Source of the DNA: Felis catus
Taxonomy: Eukaryota
DNA length: 64,000 nucleotides
Reading direction: 5' to 3'
Assembly (NCBI RefSeq): GCF_018350175.1
Contig: NC_058382.1
Coordinates: 54,872,001 to 54,936,000 of the forward strand
Each line of letters starts with the position of its first letter. Position 1 is the stretch's first letter. Below the pieces are notes generated by a model, which saw nothing but the letters and a program-made list of their open reading frames with translations, did no database searches and had not been told where the DNA came from. Position numbers and translations under genes: made by a program. Of this stretch, positions 1 through 12,009 are shown piece after piece.

Positions 1-1167
1 TGTAAAAAGGAAAGTAATGGGTTTCAAGATGTTCTTGGACTGTGAGGACTTGTCACAGTGCCCCTGGTTTGTGGCCACACAGTGTGCTCACCTTGATGCT
101 GGGCCGGCCCATCCTTTAGGCCCCCAGGAAGGACCCCGTGGGCAGTGGGAGGTGGCACAACAGTGGGGCCGGTGGTGGGGAACAGAGCCAGAGGGGCTCA
201 GCGGCAACGGGGGAGGGCAGGCACCAGGATGGGCTCCTTCCCTGGGGCTGAGGGATGCCGTACCAGGAGAGAGGCCCCGAAGACAGGGAGGTGTGGGAAG
301 CTGTAGAAATCCCAGGAGAGGGTGAAAACAAAGGCATACATCATTAGGGACGGAGAGAGGGATCACACAGCCTGCTTTTCAGGGGCTGGGGCAGGTGGAA
401 CAAGAAGAAGGAGCCTCTGCAGGGATTTGACATCATAAACTCAGACGACAAGCAGACAGATGAGGAATGCTCTGTGTCCGTCAGCCGCTGGAGCGGAGAG
501 GCCGGTCGGTGGGAGGGAGCTCTGCGGTGAGGGGTCAGGAGCTCTGAGCCTGGTTTTACCCACCTGTCTGGGCTTGGGTAAGGCTCCTTCCCTTCTCTGA
601 ACCCCAGTCTCCCCGACCTGCAATCTTAGGTAGGTCGCCACGGCAGATTGGCGATGTCTGTCATGGCCAGAGAAATGGGCAGGGCCAGCCAGCTTTCCCA
701 CCCTGAACCCAGATCCAGGGCTTCTGAAATGCAACAAATCCTCGGGGTAGATTTGGCTAGTTAACCTCTCAAAATCTGCTTAAGATTTTTAGCCGCCCCA
801 CCAGAAAAGGGGGGGGGGAGATAAATACAGAAATAACCCCTTTACCTGAACGAGTGGCTCAGGACACAGCCACCTGTCATTGTGAAGCTACGTGGTCAGA
901 GGTCGCACCGGCCAGCTTTGATCTTGGGGGTCATTGTTGTCCATGCCGAATGAGGTTCATGAGCCCCTTGTGTGCTGTTCAGGTTTAATACCTCTAAAAC
1001 TGCCCGAGTGCCTCACCAGAGTTGAGTCATGCCCCACCCGGGCCACCCGGAGGCGCTCCCTCTGAATGCCCTAGTGTGTACTCGAGGACAGTAGGGCAGA
1101 CCTGGGTGTCCCCGCCTGTCCCAAAGGAAACAGGAAGAGCCACACCCTCCGGGGCTGGGCAGTGAGG

Positions 1168-1620
1168 TGTGTTGTGGGGCGAACTAGCTGGGGGCGGGGG
1201 GCATCCCTGCAAAGTCCTAACCCCCCTGACCTCCGACTGGGTCCGGGTTTGGAAATAGCGCTGTCACAAATGTAGTAAGTTATGATGAGGTCATATGGGA
1301 GCAGGGCGGGCCCTGAATCCAATATGACTGTGTCCTTATAAAAAAAGGAATTTTGGACACAGGCATGCACGGGGAGAACGCCTTGAACGTGAAGGCAGGG
1401 ATGGGGGGGGGGATGCACTCACAAGCCAGGGAACACGAGAGACTGCCAGCAAGCCACGGGAAGCTGCGTGAACGCGGCTCCTTTCCTTAGACCTCAGAGG
1501 GCACCTGCTGACACCTTGATTTGGGGCTCCAAGCCTCCAGAGCTGGAGAGGATACATTTCTGTTGTCCAAGCTGCCCAGTTTGTGGGGCTTTGTCACGGC
1601 AGCCCCATGAGACTGACCCA
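1168..1620 (+). mobile_element. MaLR LTR relic (MLT1B/C-like)
   Basis: Ordered MLT1 motifs: aagtcctaacccc, gggccctgaatccaatatgactgtgtccttata, gacaccttgatt...cctccagagct, tttctgttgtccaagctgcccagtttgtgg. Recognised from recalled consensus. Confidence 0.8.
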
Positions 1621-2465
1621 GGTGCTGACGGACCAGGGTCCTGGCTTGGCGCCTTCTCTGGGAGACTTCCGGCAAGTTGCTTTCCTTCTTGAGCCCGGGC
1701 CTGGAACCTGAGGCTCAGGGGGGCCCGGCTGGATAAAGGGTAGCCGGATCATCAGATTCTTTACGTGGACGTTTGGGAGTGGGAGGCCCTGGGGGACTGG
1801 GGTGAGGTGGCCTTTTGGGGCCCCGTGCCAGGCACACAGGCAGGGGGCACTGGAACAGATTCCCACAGAGATGAGGGAGAAAGAGGGGAGACGGGAGGTT
1901 CTGTGCAGACCCTGCCATGACTCCCGTCCCTCCCAAGGCCTGGCTGTCCATCGTCGGCTGGGTTCTCACGTGTACATTCTTTCCACAAACCCCCTTTCCC
2001 TGTGGTGTCACAGGGACGGCATTGGCACTGATCTCTTTGCCTGTTTTCGGAAGCGTTTTGAAAACCGTCAAGCGGGGTACACGTTTTCTCAGCTGTGCGT
2101 AGGTACAGGGTAGGGCATAAAGAAGCGGCCGACCCCGTCCCCGGTGTTCCAGGCCAGGGAGGTGTCACAGGGCTGCACAGAGAGGCAACAGCAATGCTAC
2201 CCATGCCTGTCCCCCAACTCTAACTCAGACCGGGACAGAGAGAAAGAGAAAGCCAGTGAAGTCCCAGTGTTTTCCATTGTCGACCGTTAAATGCTTTTGT
2301 GAAATGACAGATATCACATCCTTCTCCTTCCTCATCTTCTTTTTTCTTTTTCTCATTTTGAGAGACTTGGGCTAACAGAGGAGTTGCAAAAAGCACGATT
2401 GGGGCTAAAATGGAAAACACGAGCAGGTAAGAGAGTGGGTCTGGTACCAGATTGGCCGAGTGCAG

Positions 2466-2642
2466 GCGTGACCTTGGGCCAGTTGCTTAACCTCTCTGTA
2501 CCTCGGCGTCCTCATCTGTGCATTGCACAAAATAAACCTCATTGCACTTTTGTGAGGATTAAGGAGCCAACCTATGCAAAGCGCTTAGCCCAGCGGCTGG
2601 CACACAGTAAGCCCTACATGGTTATTTGCTATGATTATTAAT
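2466..2642 (+). mobile_element. MIR SINE relic
   Basis: MIR core gtgaccttgggccagttgcttaacctctctgtacctc...ctcatctg and tail gtgaggattaa...gcttagcccagcggctggcacacagtaag. Confidence 0.75.
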
Positions 2643-3163
2643 AAAGAAATGCATGAGGTTGGGGAACACAGTGAAAGAAATGCATGTCACTTGCAATCAG
2701 ACATTTCTGGCGGGCGGGGGGGCGGTGCTGTCTGGCTCACAATGACGTACCTGTACGACCATCCCTCTCACCTTCGGGGACTGGTCGCCAGCAACCACAT
2801 TTGTACAACTTGGTTCCAACACCGGCTGGGGTGGGCATCTGGCCCAAGCTGAGCTAACCAAGTCCTTCCCTTGGAACCGGGCCAAAGAGCTCCTAGTTTG
2901 ATCCCAGATGGCCTCTCAAATGGCCACCTTCTGTCCTGCTGAAGTGACACAGTAGAGAAGGCCAGGGTGGGGGGAAGGATGACGTGGAGAAAAGCAGACG
3001 CACAAAGCAGAAAGAAGGCCCCGGGCCCTGGTTTCTGGTCTTTTCTGAGACCTGGCTCCTTTTATGCCGTTGGGATTCCGTGAGACACCCTTGATTCTGT
3101 ATAACCCATTTGCACTCTTTTTGAAGCTACTCTGATTTGTCTTGGCGACACCTGGATGCTGCC

Positions 3164-3369
3164 TTTTTTTTTTTTTTTTAAGTTTATTTGTTTTGAGAGA
3201 GACAGAGAGCACGAGTGGGGGAGGGGCAGAGAGCGAGGGCGACAGAGAATCCAAAGCGGGCTCCACGCTCACAGCAGAGAGCCCTACGTGGAGTTTGCAC
3301 TCGCAAACCGTGAGATCACGACCCAAGCCAAAGTCAGATGCTTAACCGACTGAGCCACCCAGGCGCCCC
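3164..3369 (-). mobile_element. Can-SINE (SINEC, feliform type)
   Basis: Poly-T, (GA)n tract and terminal ttaaccgactgagccacccaggcgcccc. Degenerate TSD tggatgctgcctt / tgggtgccgcctt. Confidence 0.92.
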
Positions 3370-4640
3370 TGGGTGCCGCCTTCTCATTTCCCTGCTGGAG
3401 CTTCAAGAAATGTCCACTCCTTTCCCTTTGGCCCAGGCAGGCTGGAATCAGTTCTAGTTTGGTGCTGTGATCGAAGGAAGAATATACCAGGGGTAAGAAG
3501 CCATTTTTCTCTGCTGTTCATCGCGCACACCGACTTCTTCCCAAGCCTGGTTTGGAGCACTTTATACACATTCTCGCGTTAGCTCGATCCAGTATCGCTA
3601 CTGGGTCTCTGTTTCTCAGATGAAGAGAGTGAGGGTCAGAGAGTTGACGAGATTGGGTTATCACCACTCAGCTAAGTAGGGTGGACAGCTGGGATCCAAA
3701 TCCGAATTCTGTGCTGTCGCGCTCCTCACCATCCTCCCTGGAACCCCTGGATGGCGCTCCCTTACTCTCCTGCTGTAGGGTCGGAGACAAACCCCTGGTC
3801 CTGCCTCAACTTCCTCATGTGCAAATGGGGTGACACCACCCCCCTTGCCCGTCTCTGTGTTGTCCAGAGGGCCCAGCGTGAAGGGGAACGAAGTGAGGTC
3901 ACATTGAAATCGGTCGATTTGAGCAACTCACGGCAAAGGCCGGTGTGGGAGAGAGATGCAATTAATCTGAAAAACACAGTGGTTTTTACTTTTAAAAAAC
4001 ATGATCCACAGCCTTCAGTCCTCCGCATGGCCGTGCGTGGCTTCCATTTCCCCGCGTCAACAGCGGCCTGGATTTGGGCTCTTCATAAAGTCCCTGTGAG
4101 TTTTTAAAGAACGGACGGCACTTATCTTCTTTTTAAAAAGTTAAATCAATACATGCTTGTTGTAGAAATGTTGGGGGAGGGAACATAAGGAAGAAAACAC
4201 TTACCTGTGTTCTCTATCCATGTGATGGATGTATTAAGTCAACTACGAAAGAAACCGTGACAGACACGCCAGCGTGAACGAGTCTGAGAGACTGTCATGC
4301 TGAGCCACAGACGTCAGACCCAAAGGCGTATGTATCTTTTGATTCTATTTATATGAAGTTCAAGAAAGGGTAAAACTATCTATAGTGACAGAAGGCAGAG
4401 CGGGGGCTGCCTGGGGCCGGAAGTGGGTGGCTGGGGTCAGCTGTCGAGGAGCAACAAAGAAACTCTTCTGGGGCTGTGGGAATGTTCTATGTTGCTATGT
4501 TGGTGGACATGGTGGTTAACACGGGTGTGTACATTCATCAACACATATCACCCTGTTCGTTCGTTCATTTGTTGATTTTTAATGTTTTATTGACTGGTTT
4601 GCTTTATTTATTGTTATTTTTTTTAATGCTTATTTTTGAG

Positions 4641-4849
4641 GGGCACCTGGGGGGGCTCAGTGGGTTGATCGTCCGACTTCAGCTCAGGTCACGAGCCCCC
4701 GGTCCGTGAGTTCAAGCCCCGCGTCGGGTTCTGTGCTGACAGCTTGGAGCCTGGAGGCTGCTTCTGATTCTGTGTCTCCCTCTCTCTCTGCCCCTCCCCT
4801 GCTTGCGCTCTGTCTCTGTATCAAAAATAAATGTTAAAAAAAAAATTTC
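4641..4849 (+). mobile_element. Can-SINE inserted into the tail of an oppositely oriented Can-SINE
   Basis: gggcacctgg...ctcagtgggtt...(CT)n...aaaaataaa-polyA, flanked by perfect TSD aatgcttatttttgag (4625-4640 and 4850-4865). Confidence 0.92.
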
Positions 4850-5050
4850 AATGCTTATTTTTGAGAGAGAGATTTGAGAGAGGGAGCGCGAGCAGGGGAG
4901 GGGCAGAGAGAGAGAGAGAGGGATGGAGGATCCAAAGCGGGCTCTGTACTGACAGCAGAGAGTCAGATGTGGAGCTTGAACTCCCGAACCACGAGATCAT
5001 GACCTCAGTCAAAGTCGGATGCTTAACCCACCGTGCCACCCAGGCACCCC
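4850..5050 (-). mobile_element. Can-SINE (host element; its tail continues left of 4640)
   Basis: ttatttttgagagaga...ggggaggggcagagagag...gcttaacccaccgtgccacccaggcacccc. Confidence 0.9.
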
Positions 5051-6069
5051 TCAACCTGTTCTTTGGAAGTGGGTGTGTTTTATTTCACGTAAACTATACT
5101 TCAATAGCATTAAGAAGGGGGGAGAAGTGACCTATAGTCCCGTCACCCCAGAGATAACCGCTGTTAAGGCTCAGTTGTGTGCAGGTAACTCAATCTTAAA
5201 ACAGCTGATTCTATGTGTGAAATATAAGTTCCAGATAAACACTTGGTCCTCTGCGATACTTTTCCTTAACCTCAGACTTATTTGGTGAATGTGAAGAAAG
5301 GAAGGGAGAGGACCATATCTTGGGCTCTTTTGGTTCCCAGCTTTGCCCTCCGAAACCGGGGAAGGGTGGGGTGGGGGTGCATAATCGTTGAGCTACCCGG
5401 AATCACAGGCTGAATAGGAAACCTGTTCCCCACCCCCCCCCACTCCACCCCCCCCCCGCCCATGAGCCTAGAAAATGAAGAGGGAGCTCTGAAGAGGGAG
5501 GAGGATGTTCCCCGACTTCACGATGAAAACATGACTCGTCTCCTCCCAGCAGGACAAAAAGCACATTTTATTATTTGATCAGTATGTTAAACGCCATCGG
5601 GACGGAATGTGTACTCCATTACGTTGGTGTCTCATGCCTGTTAAAAATGAGGTTCGGGAATGCTCTCCTGGCTAATACAGTTTTGAGACAGAGCGTTCAC
5701 AGCAAGCTTCGGGAGAGTGGCCCCAAAAGCGCCACGGATAGGTATGGAATTGGGACCACTTAAGACCAGTTTCGTTGCCCGCTTTTGGTGTTCGGCATTT
5801 GGTTACAGGCACGGCCTCATGCCATGAAATAGGCTCCAGAAACGCGAGTTAAAACAGCTTGCGACCTACTCCTTCCTGTGAGTCCCTGTGTCCCTTGACA
5901 GTCTGATAAAACCAGCTGTGTTTGCTCCAGCCCCCGGGAAGTGGCATCTGAGGAGGAACGTGCCATTGTGTGAGTGTGGACAATACAATGGCCCCCGGAC
6001 GGCCACCCGCAGGACGCCTGGGGAGCAGCGTGCACCAGCCGAGAGGGTGGGAAAACATCTCCCTTGAAA

Positions 6070-6286
6070 CCGGGGGCTCCCGACTAGGGGCGAGGTAGCT
6101 TTCCAGGTGACACGTGGCAGGGTCCGGAGACATTCTGGTCGTCACGGATTACGGATGCTACCGGTGTCTGCAGGCAGAGGCCACGGCCGCTGCTAACACC
6201 TCACGGTGCATGCGACACGACAGCTGGCCGGCCGTGAAGAACTACCCAGCCCCAAATGTTGACGGCGGCCAGGGCTGGAAACCCTG
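6070..6286 (+). mobile_element. MER20-like hAT DNA transposon relic
   Basis: ggagacattctggtcgtcac...cagaggccacggccgctgctaa...aagaactacccagccccaaatgttgac...gaaaccctg follows the recalled MER20 layout. Confidence 0.7.
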
Positions 6287-6603
6287 CACGGACGCTGTAT
6301 CGAGACTGTCTGTACGCCAGTTTGTGGGCAAATGGGATCGGTCTGGACAAGTTGTATAGACAGCTGGTGGTGATCAGGGCCGTGGAAACACGGGTTCTGA
6401 CAGTAGCCATGTCAAATAGCTACCGCTCACTCACGGTTTCAAGGTGCCAACTCTGTGCCAGGCTGTGGCATGATCTCATTTCTATGACCTGGAAAAAGGT
6501 TCTGTTATGACCCCACTGTATAGTAAATCGACGAGATACGTACAGCCGGGAAAGGGAATGGCAAGGAATTTCTCTTCTTGGCATACATTTTTTTAAGAGG
6601 AGG

Positions 6604-6795
6604 TGGGGGTGCCCGGGTGGCTCAGTCGATTAAGCGTCTGACTCTGGCTCGGGTCATGATCTCACGGTTCGTGGGTTCGAGCCCCACGTCGGGCTCTGTG
6701 CTGACAGCTTGGAGCCTGGAGCCTGCTTTGGATTCTGGGTCTCCCTGTGTCTCCCTCTGTTCCTCCCCCCTCTCAAAAATAAACATGAAAAAAAA
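6604..6795 (+). mobile_element. Can-SINE whose A-tail is interrupted by a second SINE
   Basis: gggggtgcccgggtggctcagtcgattaagcgtctgact...ggttcgagcccc (pol III A/B-box region)...ctcaaaaataaac. Confidence 0.92.
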
Positions 6796-7021
6796 TTTTT
6801 TTTTAAATTTTTTTTTCAACGTTTATTTATTTTTAGGACAGAGAGAGACAGAGCGTGAACGGGGGAGGGGCAGAGAGAGAGAGGGAGACACAGAATCAGA
6901 AACAGGCTCCAGGCTCCGAGCCATCAGCCCAGAGCCTGACGCGGGGCTCGAACTCACGGACCGTGAGATCGTGACCTGGCTGAAGTCGGATGCTTAACTG
7001 ACTGCGCCACCCAGGCGCCCC
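6796..7021 (-). mobile_element. Young-type Can-SINE (SINEC_Fc-like)
   Basis: aacgtttatttattttt...gacagagagagacagagc...gagccatcagcccagagcc...gactgcgccacccaggcgcccc, flanked by aaaattttttt on both sides. Confidence 0.93.
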
Positions 7022-7144
7022 AAAATTTTTTTAAAAAATAAGGGGAGGGGGATGGTCAGAAGGGAGGGGTGTCTGGTTCCCCCCACTCAACTATGAGCTC
7101 TGTGAGGGCAGAATCTTGTATGACCTGCGTTTGCAGCATAGAAC

Positions 7145-7808
7145 GGAATCCTTGTCCCAAGTTTCAGTTACCCCCGGTCACCCCCTGTCCAGAAGCAGAT
7201 GATTCTCAGCGGTAGCCTAACGCTCTGTCACAATGCTTTCGCTATTCACCTCACTTCATCTTATCACGTAGGCATTTTATCAACTCCCATCATCACAGGA
7301 AGGGTGAGCACGATACAGTAAGAGACTTTGAGACAGACCACATTCACGTAGCTTTATTTTTATAAGTTTTTTTGTTTTTTTCGTAAAATTTTTATGTTTA
7401 TTTACTTTTGAGAGACAGAGAGACAGAGTGCGAATGGGGCAGGGGCAGAGAGAGAGGGAGACACAGAGTCCAAAGCAGGCTCCAGGCTCAGAGCCGTCAG
7501 CCAGAGCCCGACGCGGGCCTCGAACTCACCAACCATGAGATCACGGCCTGAGCCAAAGTCGGACACTTAACCGACAGAGTCACCCAGGTGCCCCTCACAT
7601 AACTTTTATTACAGTGTATTGTTGTAATTGTTCTGGGTTATAATTTGTCATTGTTGTTAATCTCTTACAGGGCCTGATAAATTCAACTTTATCGTCGGTG
7701 TGTATGTACAGGAAAAAACGGTCTCTATGGGGTTCGGTACTACCCGTGGTCTCAGATGTCCACTGGGGGTCTTGGAACGTATCCCCCCGCGGATAAGGGA
7801 GAACCAGT
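7145..7808 (+). mobile_element. MER44/Tigger7-like TcMar DNA transposon relic interrupted by a SINE
   Basis: gtttcagttacccc..., cacataacttttattacagtgtattgtt..., terminal gggggtcttggaacgtatccccccgcggataaggg. Confidence 0.75.
7356..7594 (-). mobile_element. Can-SINE
   Basis: T-rich tail, gagagacagagagacagag...ttaaccgacagagtcacccaggtgcccc. Imperfect TSD tcacgtagcttt / tcacataacttt. Confidence 0.92.
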
Positions 7809-7984
7809 TTGCCTAACAAAGTCCTTGGCGCCCAGGAGGTGCGAACAGACTGGTGTTTCACGGAACTGAATGAAACAATGAAGGAAGCATGGAAAAGTGG
7901 CTTCGTCGTTAGAATGCTGGCCTTGATTTCCAGCCATTCGATAGGCACCGTGGACCCCTCTGGGCCAGGCCCTGGAGACACGGG

Positions 7985-8498
7985 CAGGCTGGAGCTATCC
8001 GATCCTGGCTCTTGAGAGCCGGTTGTTAACTTCTTCAGAAATCTTCCGAGGCGACTGTCAGACAGCCAGCGAGCACGCTTAAATTATATAAAATTACAAT
8101 TAAATTATAGTTTTAAAAAGGTTAATCAAACGTATCCCTTCCTAATTTTTCGACTGCATTTCATGAGGACCTCGGTTCTGAAGGTTAGATGTCTTGCAGT
8201 GGTCACCAGACCTTTGCTGTGAAAGGGCCAGATGGGCAGTATTTTACGCTTTGCCAGCCCCGGGCCGAATCTGGCCCCTAAGCCGTTGTTTGCTGGTGTG
8301 GCCCTGGCACGTCGTATCCGTAGGTGGACATGCCCTCTAGCGGGATGCGTCATCTTCCAACTCCTTGTTCAGCGATGCACTCTGCTAGCTTGGAAACTGC
8401 TATGGTGGGGACAGTGACACCACGGAGGGCGTCAAATGCTCTAACTCCGGTTCTCTTCTTTCCAGGAGCTGGCCGTTGAACATTTACCAGTAAACCAC
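7985..8498 (+). mobile_element. MER63-like hAT relic with a nested MER58-like fragment (~8197-8300)
   Basis: gagagccggttgttaa...aaattatataaaattacaattaaat...tagcttggaaactgctatggtggg...gttgaacatttaccag. Inner tgtgaaagggccagatgggcagtattttacgcttt. Confidence 0.6.
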
Positions 8499-11132
8499 CG
8501 GGCACAGCGGTGGGCAAAAGTGGCATGAGCCCTGCCCTCTTGGAGGGTACAGTGTGTTGGGTCTGTGCACCACTTCATGGTGGGGTGGGGCCGGAGGGGG
8601 GCCGGGTGAAGGCGGGTCAGGCTCCCCACTGCCGACCACCCTAAAAAAGACCAGAAGGGGCAGGGCTGCTGGAAGGGGGTGCTGAGGTGAACCTCTCCTG
8701 GGGCTGGCCATCAGCCCCTAACTCTCCTCCCCCCGCCAGGGACTTTGCCACTTTACCACATTCTTCTATGGGCAGCCTGCTCTGTCTTCACCCCCCTAGC
8801 TCAAGGGGAGACTTCACGTCCCTGGGAGCTGAGACACGAGCCCACGAGAGCGGTTTACTCCCTTTCCACGGCAACGCCCGCTCCCAGCACTGTGCCCGCC
8901 TGACGCGGAGTGGGCTCTCCCCCCGGGCGACCTAGGGGTGAACCCAGAGGGGGCTGAACTGAAGGGAGAGAGGCAGTTTCAGCGAGCAGGCTGAGAGCAG
9001 AAGGTTGTCCTTCGGGACTGGCTCAAACAAGGAGAGATTGCCAGCAGAGAAGGCAGGAAATGATAGGTTTGGCCCGTGACCTGTGGTGAGCGGACTGGCC
9101 TGTGGGAGCCCAAGCAGAGTGAAGGGTCTGTGAACTTCTGCAGCCTTTGTGCTGCTCTGTAAACCTCTCCCGTTCAATGCCGGGAGGGCGAACTCTCAGG
9201 GGCCTGGCTCGTTCTTTGTAGAGTCTGGGTCCTGATGGCATCCAGGGTGACTTGGGTGTGTGATCCATCCATGGAAACTAGACAGGCCTGGGTCTCCTAC
9301 AGAGACTGGGGGTGGGAGGAGGGTGCAGGGAGGGAGCTTCTGATGGAATCCGGCGGCCGGACTCATTCGGTTTTAGGTCAGGAACCAGGGACAGTGGGAG
9401 GCAAAGAGCTCAGCATCTCACTCGCTGAGTACCAGCACGGCCCATTGTACGGACCGGTCCTGTTGCCGGCACTTCCCTAAGCACCAGGCAATAGGTGGGT
9501 GTTGACTCTCAATTGATCAGTCGCTGCATTTTTGTTGAGCTCTGGCTGCGGGCAGGCACTCAGTTAGCTCGGCTGACAACCAGAACTCCTGGATTCGGCC
9601 ACCCTCTCACAAGCATCCCGGGGGCTCCATGTCACTGACTCCAAACTCGAACCAACAAACAGTATTTAAAGATGACATCAGTTGAATTCAACCCGTTTCC
9701 CCCCGGGGAACCCTCGAAGGAAAACATTACAAAGAAGGACTGGGAAAAATGTGGAATTTCAGGTCAAGCCAAATTTTGGGTTCACATCTTGCCTGGATTC
9801 CCACAGTTGTCTGACCATCTCTGAGCCTTAACTTCCTCACCTTTAAGACGGGGATGATAACGATTCTTGCCTTCTGGGCTCACTGGGAGGAAGGAAGGAG
9901 AGTAAACAGGAAAGCCCCAGCATAGTACCTGTAGCACTTGGTGTGCTGCTCATTTTTATCATAATATTCCGATTTAACTTTTACCAAAGCAGGAGCTGAG
10001 GATGTCTGGAATAGTCCTGGAAGAAATAAGGGATTCCTTGCACTCTGGTACATTCCAGTGGAGTTTTGCACCCTTGACCAGGGAGAGGAGCGTCCATGGC
10101 GGTCACTGAAGTGGACAGCAGCTGCTCTGAGCTGTCCTACTCCGGGACTTCAGGCTGGCCCCCATCGCCTCCCTCCTGGGAACTCCCGACAGCCTCCGCA
10201 CTGGTCTCCCTATCTCCAGGCTGCTCCTTTGCTAACCCCGTCCATGTCATGCTGTGGCCAGTGACCTTATAAAGGTGACATCTATGAGCCACTCTCATGC
10301 GTAGTCCATGCGGTGGCTCTCCACCGCTCTCGGAGGAAAGTCTGGTCCCGGCACAACCTGCTTGGCCCCTGCTCAGCTCTTAGGCCTCTGCCCTGCAACC
10401 CTGGGATATTTTGCAGGCCTTGGCAAATGCATGTAGTTTCCCAGACAGGCCTAGTATTCTCCCCTCGCCTCTTTTCTCCGTGCCATCCCCTCTTCCCCTC
10501 ATCCCCTCCGTGCCATCACCATTTCCCTTCTTTACCTGATTCCTGAAGACCTCGCGGAGTCAGGATGTGAACCCCAGGGCCACAGTCTGGCTGGATTAGG
10601 TGTCCCTCCTCTGTTCCTGCAGCCCAAGCACCGCGTGGTCATTGCCTTTACATTGTCCCAGGCTCTAAGCTCAGAGCCTGATGAGCTAAGTGAGCCTGGC
10701 ATGTTACTTGGCCTCTCTGTACCCTCATCTGCCAGAGGGGATGGTGATGGCACCTATATTATAGGGTTGCTATGGGAAGGAACAGTTGTATGCATGCACA
10801 GCACTCAGCATACAGGAGGAGCTCAACAAAGGGTTGAACAACTGACCTCACCCCACCCCTTAATGGCCTGGGAGTCCTGGTCACAACCACGCCCTGAATC
10901 CACATGTGTACCACATGGTAGGGGGTGGGGGTGGGCTTGACCGTTTCTTGCCCAATGATTTTCTCAAGGCCATAGTGAAGTTTAGAACTTGAAGAACAGA
11001 ATTTGCCAGCAAATTGTGAGGAATTGACTAATTCCCTGTTTTCTCACCTAACTGCCTCCTCCAGGGCCCAGGAGGAGAGAACAGCTCTGTCCCGCTCCTG
11101 ACACATACCATATGCTGGGCCCCCCAGCCCTG

Positions 11133-11158
11133 CCCCCCCCCCCCCCCCCCCCCCCCCC
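11133..11158. repeat. C26 homopolymer
   Basis: 26 consecutive C read directly. Confidence 0.9.
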
Positions 11159-11939
11159 GCCAGCCCTGGCCAGGCTCAGGGATAGGATCTTTCCAGGAGC
11201 TCCTACATCGTGTCTGTTCTTGGGAAAGAGTGGGGAGGGGATAATCCCCATCACAGGGATGCTGTGGGCAAAGTGCCAGCATTCACGATGTAATTCAACA
11301 CACACTCACATATTCACTACAGAGGTATCTTCACTTAACAAAAAAGGCAAAAAATCTGGGGGTTTAAATGGCATTAGCTGCAGAAGCGTGTGGCCGTGAG
11401 AAAGCCTGGCTGAGGAGCTGAGTCTGGGTGGCCGCGTGTGCGCCCTTAATGGCAGAAAGGGGACGTTTTGCCTCAGAGTTAGAGTTCCTGAGTGACACTG
11501 TGGTTCATTCCACAGGGGTGCTTCCAATATGATTCCCTCCCAGCCTTGTGCTGGGCCTGCGGATGCAGGGATGAACGGCCTGGCCTGAGCACAGAGGCAA
11601 AGAAGCAGGCACTGCTGGGGCGCAGGCAGAAGACAGAGTGGCCCAGTAACTTGGGGAGGGACTTTGTTGTCTAGATGCCTGGGAGGGGTCAGACTCGAGG
11701 GGCAGAAGGAGGGGGGCTGGGGAGTCTGTCCCCTCCCCCCAGACGGCTTGAAGACCGGCAGACATGTGTAAAAGACCAGGGGGCTTGCAGAATCCGCCAG
11801 GCTGAGACCGGGCAGTGTGGGTTCATTACCCGGTTAACGGAGGGGCATTTTCAATTCGAGGAACCATCCTGTTCTACGACCCCATCTAGCCAGCCAGGTA
11901 GACAGCTTGAGCTGTGGAGGGGGTGTCAGAGGTCAAGCG

Positions 11940-12009
11940 GCCCAGCCCCGGCCCCTCCAGCCCGGCCCAGCCCAGCCCAGCCCAGCCCAACTCAGCCCAG
12001 CCCAGCCCC
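11940..12009. repeat. Imperfect (GCCCA)n pentamer repeat at the 5' edge of the CpG island
   Basis: cccagcccagcccagcccagcccaactcagcccagcccagcccc read directly. Confidence 0.8.

Larger units (their letters stand above)
4245..5112 (+). mobile_element. Ancient L1 (L1ME/L1MD-like) 3' fragment interrupted by two SINEs
   Basis: gattctatttatatgaagttcaagaaagggtaaaactatctatagtgacagaa...ggaatgttctat..., resuming after the SINEs with ttttatttcacgtaaactatacttcaata. Confidence 0.65.

Noticed and set aside
6604..6690. tRNA-like A/B-box sequence
   Set aside because: Head of a tRNA-derived SINE followed by SINE body and tail, not a tRNA gene.
6578..6997. ORFs overlapping Can-SINEs (also 3142, 4831, 40391, 43184, 45965)
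   Set aside because: Stereotyped SINE translations, not genes.
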